From an uncultured Eubacteriales bacterium (GTDB taxonomy: Bacteria > Acidobacteriota > Aminicenantia > Aminicenantales > Aminicenantaceae), in assembly GCA_964611275.1 (NCBI GenBank), contig CAZSZS010000107.1:4720-68719 (forward strand): a stretch of 64,000 nt of DNA, given 5' to 3'. A program made the position numbers and the translations under genes. The notes below the pieces were generated by a model. It saw only the letters and a program-made list of their open reading frames with translations. It did no database searches and was not told the origin of the DNA. Shown one piece after another: positions 59,099 through 64,000 of this stretch; the first letter of the stretch is position 1, and each line of letters starts with the position of its first letter.

Positions 59099-60156
59099 TT
59101 TGTCACCTCTTTGCTTAATCTCTTCCAGAAGGCATCCACTTTTTCTCCATCCAAGGATTTGCCTACTGTTTTTACATTTATGTCAACAGGGCAGGTAGCC
59201 ACACATCTGCCGCAGCCTACACAGCCAGGTTTGCCGTACTTTGATATATAAGCCTGAAGTTTATGTGTGTACCATAGTTTCAGCCTGTCAGCGCGCTTTT
59301 TTCTGAAATTTTCTCCTCCTGCTACCTCAGAATAACTTTCTAAGGTACAGGCATCCCAACATCTTTTTATGTCCGAATATTCTTTCTCCAGAGCAGGCCT
59401 GTCTGCCACATTATAGCAGTTGCAGGTAGGGCATACGTTTGAACAGGATCCACAGGCCAAACAGGCATTTCCTAACTCTTCCCACATGGGATCATTGTAC
59501 ATGAGTTCCAAGAGATCACCCAGGGAGTCAAAGTTTATTTCTGTTTTAAAGGCATTCTCTCTTTGATCGCACCATTCAGCGTATTCCTCTATGTCTTTGT
59601 CAGATATGCCTTCTTCAAAGAGATCTGCCTTTGTCCTTATGAGGTCATCCCCTTTGCTGGAACCGATCCACACAATGTATCTTCCTTTAAGTTCGGAAAA
59701 AAAGAGGTCATATCCTTCTTTGATGATATGGGTTCTTGTCGATTTGCACAGGCAGTTTTCATCAGGCCAGCAGGAATGTCCCAGGAGGAGAGTGTTTTTT
59801 CTGGATTCCATGTAATAGGGGTCATAGAATTCATGAGTGAAAAAGTCGTCCATTATCAGAATGCCGTGAATATCACAGGGGTGGATGCCAAAGATTATTT
59901 TTTTGGAAACGTGTGAAAAATCTTCCTTGTATTCTTTTTCAGAAGCTCGAAACATATTGATGGAAGGAGGAAGAAGGATCTTTCTGGGCGGTAGAATCGT
60001 TCTTGTACAATCAGTATCAATTTTATTCAAATCCTGAATGGCTTCGAATTTATGTCTATCCGGTGCAACTTTTACGGGAGCCCATAGATCTGCTTCCTTG
60101 GAAATCTCTTCTAGGAAAGAAGGTAAATTGTCTTCCTTTAGTTTTACGATTTTCAT
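59095..60156 (-). CDS. hydrogenase beta subunit: 2x[4Fe-4S] protein (HydB/AsrA-like)
   Basis: CLACGSCSNVCPTC and CVGCGRCVATCP motifs. The beta-gamma-delta-alpha gene order matches sulfhydrogenase-type group 3b enzymes. Confidence 0.75.
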   Translation of the reverse strand: MKIVKLKEDNLPSFLEEISKEADLWAPVKVAPDRHKFEAIQDLNKIDTDCTRTILPPRKILLPPSINMFRASEKEYKEDFSHVSKKIIFGIHPCDIHGILIMDDFFTHEFYDPYYMESRKNTLLLGHSCWPDENCLCKSTRTHIIKEGYDLFFSELKGRYIVWIGSSKGDDLIRTKADLFEEGISDKDIEEYAEWCDQRENAFKTEINFDSLGDLLELMYNDPMWEELGNACLACGSCSNVCPTCNCYNVADRPALEKEYSDIKRCWDACTLESYSEVAGGENFRKKRADRLKLWYTHKLQAYISKYGKPGCVGCGRCVATCPVDINVKTVGKSLDGEKVDAFWKRLSKEVTK

Positions 60157-60225
60157 TTAAGGTGTCCTTTGATGTTCATAGAATTTTTTATAAAAAAGTA
60201 AGCATCACTCATCCGTTTGTCATTA

Positions 60226-60241
60226 TGCAAATTATGTGCCT
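60226..60241 (-). promoter_or_regulatory. sigma-54 promoter AGGCAC-ATAAT-TTGCA (-24/-12)
   Basis: Minus-strand GG-N10-GC with a TTGCA -12 box, about 70 nt upstream of the beta-subunit start. Confidence 0.55.
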
Positions 60242-60353
60242 ATTGAATGGCAAAATGGCCATTTTTTGATAAAGATCTAAATCATTGAATTAAAAGGAAG
60301 TAGGCGGTTTTGTTTCGATAAGTGGAAAATCGCTTGAATAAAAAAACGAAATT

Positions 60354-60372
60354 GTGTGGAAAAATTCCACAC
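60354..60372. promoter_or_regulatory. palindromic upstream activator site GTGTGGAA-AAA-TTCCACAC
   Basis: Perfect 8-3-8 inverted repeat about 125 bp upstream of the sigma-54 promoter. A half-site AAGTGGAAAAT lies at 60320..60330. Confidence 0.45.
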
Positions 60373-60412
60373 TAGGTGTTTAGATATGACATAGGTAGAT
60401 GCGGGGTTTTGA

Positions 60413-61774
60413 TCACCTGATCTTGTGTTTTTTTATTTTTGAATAAAGAGTCTTTCTGTCTATTCCAAGAATTTTTGCTGTTTTGCTTTTGTTCCCATGT
60501 TGAGATTTGAGGACAGATTCCATGTATTCTTTTTCAATTTCTTCTAATGTTTTATATTTTCCTCCTGTCGGGAGAATCATGGAGCGGGAAGTGCTTATCC
60601 CATGATAGATGAGGTCATCCAATTCAACTTTTTTACTTCTTGTCAGCACCATGGCTCTCTCTATGGTGTTTTGGAGTTCTCTTATGTTTCCGGGCCAATC
60701 ATAGTCCATAATGGCCTTTTTCGCTTCAGTTGTGAAACCTTTGATGTCTTTGGATAATTTTTGATTGTATTTATGAAGGAAATGTTCGAAGAGCGGGGGA
60801 ATGTCTTCTTTCCTTTCCCTCAAAGGAGGTATGTTTATGGGGACCACACTCAGGCGGTAGAAGAGGTCTTCCCTGAATTTATTCTGTTTCACACGTTCGG
60901 CAAGGCTTACATTAGTGGCGGCAAGTATACGGATATCGACTTTAATGGATTTGGTACTTCCGATTCTGGTGACCTCCCGTTCCTGAATGACTCTGAGGAG
61001 TTTTGCTTGTATATTCATGCTGATATTGCTTATTTCATCCAGGAATATGGTGCCGCCGTCTGCCACTTCAAACCGACCGTGCTTGGTTACATGAGCACCC
61101 GTAAAAGAACCTTTGACATGACCGAAGAGCTCGCTCTCAAAGAGAGTCTCAACCAGTGCTCCGCAGTCGACCACAACAAATGGAGCCTGTTTTCTTTTGC
61201 TGTGTTTGTGTATTTCTGAGGCCAGAAGTTCTTTCCCGGTCCCGCTTTCTCCGGTGATGAGGACCGTGCTTTCAGTGGGGCTGACTCTTTTCATAATGTC
61301 TATGACCTTTTCCATTGAGGTGCTTTTTCCCACGACCATAGACAGTTTATTCTGTTCAGGGTCTTTACTTTGTGCAAAACCTGCTTTAGCCTCAGTTGTG
61401 TTTAGGGCTTTTTTCACTATTGTGCGCAGCTCTTCCGGGCTGAAAGGTTTAGCCAGATAGTCAAAGGCTCCCTGCTTGATGGTATTGACAGCGGATTCTA
61501 TGGAAGCAAATCCGGTGATGATTATGACCGGAACCTCCGGTGTGGATTTTATTATTTTTTTCAGGATATTGATTCCTGGAATTCCCGGGAGTTTGAGATC
61601 CAGCAGAATGACATCGAATCCGGATTTATTTAATATGTTTACAGCCTCTCGTCCATCCGAAGAAGTCTGGACCTCGTACCCGTCTTTCGTAAGAACCTGG
61701 GTACAGGAATCCCTTATGGATTCTTCATCGTCAATGATAAATATTCTTACTTTCTTAGTCTTTTTCGGGTTCAT
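60413..61774 (-). CDS. sigma-54-dependent response regulator (NtrC family: REC + AAA+ sigma-54 activator + Fis-type HTH)
   Basis: Receiver Asp, Walker A (GESGTGKE), GAFTGA-like loop (GSFTGA), and a C-terminal HTH. Confidence 0.9.
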   Translation of the reverse strand: MNPKKTKKVRIFIIDDEESIRDSCTQVLTKDGYEVQTSSDGREAVNILNKSGFDVILLDLKLPGIPGINILKKIIKSTPEVPVIIITGFASIESAVNTIKQGAFDYLAKPFSPEELRTIVKKALNTTEAKAGFAQSKDPEQNKLSMVVGKSTSMEKVIDIMKRVSPTESTVLITGESGTGKELLASEIHKHSKRKQAPFVVVDCGALVETLFESELFGHVKGSFTGAHVTKHGRFEVADGGTIFLDEISNISMNIQAKLLRVIQEREVTRIGSTKSIKVDIRILAATNVSLAERVKQNKFREDLFYRLSVVPINIPPLRERKEDIPPLFEHFLHKYNQKLSKDIKGFTTEAKKAIMDYDWPGNIRELQNTIERAMVLTRSKKVELDDLIYHGISTSRSMILPTGGKYKTLEEIEKEYMESVLKSQHGNKSKTAKILGIDRKTLYSKIKKHKIR

Positions 61775-63740
61775 TTTTTATAGGTAGTATGACAATAAAC
61801 GTGGAACCTTCACCTACTTTGCTTTGGACCTCTATGGTTCCTTTATGCTTTCTTATGAAACTGTAACTGATGGCAAGACCCAGACCTGTTCCTTTGCCGA
61901 CCTCTTTGGTTGTAAAAAAAGGTTCGAAAAGCCTGCTTTTTACATCTTCAGGAATCCCGGGCCCGGTATCCCGGAAATGAATATAGAGGGTATTGTTATG
62001 CCTATCGATTCCGGTTTTTATGGTCAGAGACCCATTTCCTTCCATTGCTTCTGCGGCATTTATGATTATGTTGATAAAGACCTGCTGGAGTTGAGCGCTG
62101 TCAGCTGTGATTTTCGGAAGGGAAGAAGAGTATTCCTTTTTGATTGTGATATTTTGAAAGAGGGTTTTGGTTTCCATAATAGAGAGTGCTTTTTCCAAGA
62201 CATCGTTTATATTGATCAGGCTTGTCTCAGGGTCTTTGGGACGGGCAAACTCAAGCAGTCCTTTCACGATTTCTTTACACCTTGTTGTTTCTTTGACTAT
62301 TTTTCTTAGATTATCGTAATAAGGTATGTCTTTGTCCAAGTCTTCCAGGATCAGATGGCTGTATATGAGTATTCCTCCGAGAGGATTGTTGATTTCGTGG
62401 GCCACTCCTGCGGCCAGTTTTCCGAGAGAGGCTAGTTTTTCAGACTGAATAAGATGGGCCTGCATTTCTCTCAGTTCTTTGGTGCGCTCTTCCACTTTCT
62501 TTTCAAGTGTTTTTCCCCATTCCAACAATTTTTTGTTTGCCGCATCAAGGTCTTCGGTCATTTTGTTAAATGATTCAGCAAGGTAGCCTATTTCGTCTGT
62601 TGAGTCCACGTTGACTTTATGAGAGAGATCTCCTTTTGCGATTTTCCGGGTGGCCTCGACTATTTTGAACAGAGGATCCGTGATTTTGTTTGTGAAAAAG
62701 TAGAGAAGCACAAGCAGCAGGACCACGCATAAAGAGGCCATCAGGATGAACGTCATCATCACTTTTTGGGCTGTGTCGATGTACGGCTTTTCAAGCATGC
62801 CCACATACAGGATCCCTATGATATGATTTTTTGAGTTTTTTATGGGTTCATAGGCTGTGATGTACCAGTCATTAACCACAAAGGCTCTGTCAATCCATGA
62901 TTTGCCTTCCTTTAGTACGGCATCATTGACTTTTTTGGATACCCTGGTTCCAAGAGCTCTTGAACCGTCACTGTTTTCAACGTTGGTTGATATGCGGAGG
63001 TCATGCTGGAATATTGTGGCGGTCCCTATTTCCTTCCCTTTATATTTTTCCTCTTTATAGACTATTTCCTTGACTCTGTCCACGATTTCATAGTTCCTGT
63101 TTATGAGCACTCCCCCATACAAAACTCCAAGAAGATTGTTATCTTCATCCAGAATAGGAGAGGCGGCTTTCAGAATCATCCCGCTTGTCTCTTTATTTTT
63201 GGTTGACTCTGCTGCCTTGGGTGTTAGCTTGATCTCTATGACAGCCTTTTCAGCGAGATCTTTTCCTTCTCTTAATAGGAGTTCTCTAGAAATTATCTGA
63301 GGGGATGCGGCGACTTCCTTTGATAAGGCTCTCTCTATTATTTCGTCTTGGGATCTGTCATCTCCTGTTATGCTGGGATTTCGTGTCCTTATGATGACAA
63401 TTCCTTTGGGATCTGTCACATTAAGTATATCCAGTCTGTATTTTTTTCTCAGTTGGTTTAGGCATTCTGATATGGGAGCATAATCTTTTTTTTTCAAGCT
63501 ATCTTCAAGTCTTTCCCTTTCAGAGGTTAAGCTGACGAATTCTTTTATATCGCTCACTCTTTCGTTGAATACCATCCATGCTGATGATAGGTCGTGTTTG
63601 ACTTTATCTTGAGCCTGTGAAATGAGGGTATTCCGAATAAGTCTTGAGCCAAGAATAAGGGTTATGATGCCCCCAAGTAATATGACAAGAAGAAAGCTTA
63701 GTATTATTTTTTTTCTGATTGAAAAGTGAGGAATCTTCAT
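61755..63740 (-). CDS. sensor histidine kinase with periplasmic Cache-like domain, HAMP, HisKA and HATPase_c
   Basis: Two transmembrane segments flank an approximately 280-aa periplasmic domain. H-box (HEINNPL) and N/G1/G2 boxes. Overlaps the ntrC-like gene. Confidence 0.85.
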   Translation of the reverse strand: MKIPHFSIRKKIILSFLLVILLGGIITLILGSRLIRNTLISQAQDKVKHDLSSAWMVFNERVSDIKEFVSLTSERERLEDSLKKKDYAPISECLNQLRKKYRLDILNVTDPKGIVIIRTRNPSITGDDRSQDEIIERALSKEVAASPQIISRELLLREGKDLAEKAVIEIKLTPKAAESTKNKETSGMILKAASPILDEDNNLLGVLYGGVLINRNYEIVDRVKEIVYKEEKYKGKEIGTATIFQHDLRISTNVENSDGSRALGTRVSKKVNDAVLKEGKSWIDRAFVVNDWYITAYEPIKNSKNHIIGILYVGMLEKPYIDTAQKVMMTFILMASLCVVLLLVLLYFFTNKITDPLFKIVEATRKIAKGDLSHKVNVDSTDEIGYLAESFNKMTEDLDAANKKLLEWGKTLEKKVEERTKELREMQAHLIQSEKLASLGKLAAGVAHEINNPLGGILIYSHLILEDLDKDIPYYDNLRKIVKETTRCKEIVKGLLEFARPKDPETSLININDVLEKALSIMETKTLFQNITIKKEYSSSLPKITADSAQLQQVFINIIINAAEAMEGNGSLTIKTGIDRHNNTLYIHFRDTGPGIPEDVKSRLFEPFFTTKEVGKGTGLGLAISYSFIRKHKGTIEVQSKVGEGSTFIVILPIKNEPEKD

Positions 63741-63896
63741 TGATTGAATGTATGCTAAATTGTTCGTATCAAAATAATTATACTGTATTTATAGAACCGA
63801 CTCAAGTTGCCGGTTCTGCTTTGTGTTGTTTAGAGATGACCCGGCATTATAGATGATTTGGGATTATTTTGAAAGACACTCTTGCTATGGTTGTCT

Positions 63897-64000
63897 TTAT
63901 TCAAAAAAAATGCCTTCGATTTCAGCTAGTATCTGTTTGTCTTTAAAATGTCTCTGCTGGGAAGCACCTGAAGGACAAGCTGAAACACATGTTCCGCACC
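63897..64000 (-). CDS. 3' end of a second HdrA-like gene (partial, runs off the window edge)
   Basis: The minus-strand translation …[33 protein letters not shown] parallels the C-terminus of the 1134-aa HdrL (…[33 protein letters not shown]). Confidence 0.5.
   Translation of the reverse strand, partial: CGTCVSACPSGASQQRHFKDKQILAEIEGIFFE

Noticed and set aside
1-64000. CRISPR arrays, integrons, toxin-antitoxin pairs.
   Set aside because: No regularly spaced repeats and no integrase/attC-like sites were found. The only mobile-element trace is the IS91-like remnant.

Overview
This 64 kb window looks like the chromosome of a sulfate-reducer-like deltaproteobacterium (Desulfobacteraceae-type gene content, about 42% GC). 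The organism assignment is inference only.

Gene content in order:
1. Positions 1-10200: an LPS / O-antigen sugar block. It holds a gmd plus a second Gmd/Rmd-like dehydratase pair (GDP-D-rhamnose type), purF, a heptose-7-P kinase, a PHP-domain phosphoesterase, an O-antigen ligase, a Tat-exported CrtI-family oxidoreductase, a GT9 heptosyltransferase and a Trm112-like protein.
2. 10.5-16.4 kb: a TolC / MFP / RND efflux operon, followed by an IS91-family transposase remnant.
3. 16.8-33.2 kb: an accessory, surface-related stretch. It contains a 1099-aa secreted BNR/sortilin-like protein, a C45 peptidase, a PadR regulator with an FtsX permease, two unknown outer-membrane proteins, an LPS kinase, a glycoside-hydrolase-like protein, a methyltransferase, an SH3-beta-barrel outer-membrane protein and a DUF1573 protein.
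4. 33.2-46.9 kb: housekeeping genes (yggT/yggU, NupC, dprA-topA-xer, comEA, rdgB, mgtC, UbiA-family, methyltransferase, cspA) plus a 1084-aa fusion of a PHP domain to a UvrD helicase.
5. 47.2-64.0 kb: a minus-strand redox/hydrogen module. It comprises a four-subunit (beta-gamma-delta-alpha) group-3 [NiFe]-hydrogenase whose large subunit carries a C-terminal maturation-protease domain, two single-domain response regulators, HdrC, HdrB, a 1134-aa HdrA/HdrL fusion, a REC-histidine-kinase hybrid and hypB/hypA. Immediately upstream are an NtrC-type sigma-54 activator, a Cache-domain histidine kinase and the 3' end of a second hdrA-like gene.

The most interesting signals:
- Two canonical sigma-54 promoters, each with the same GTGGAA-N3-TTCCAC palindrome about 125 bp upstream.
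- The fusion of the hydrogenase large subunit with its maturation protease.
- The HdrL-type giant flavoprotein, with regulators embedded in the hdr operon.
- Perfect 34-bp direct repeats flanking the PHP / heptose-kinase gene pair.
- A short motif family sitting right after stop codons.
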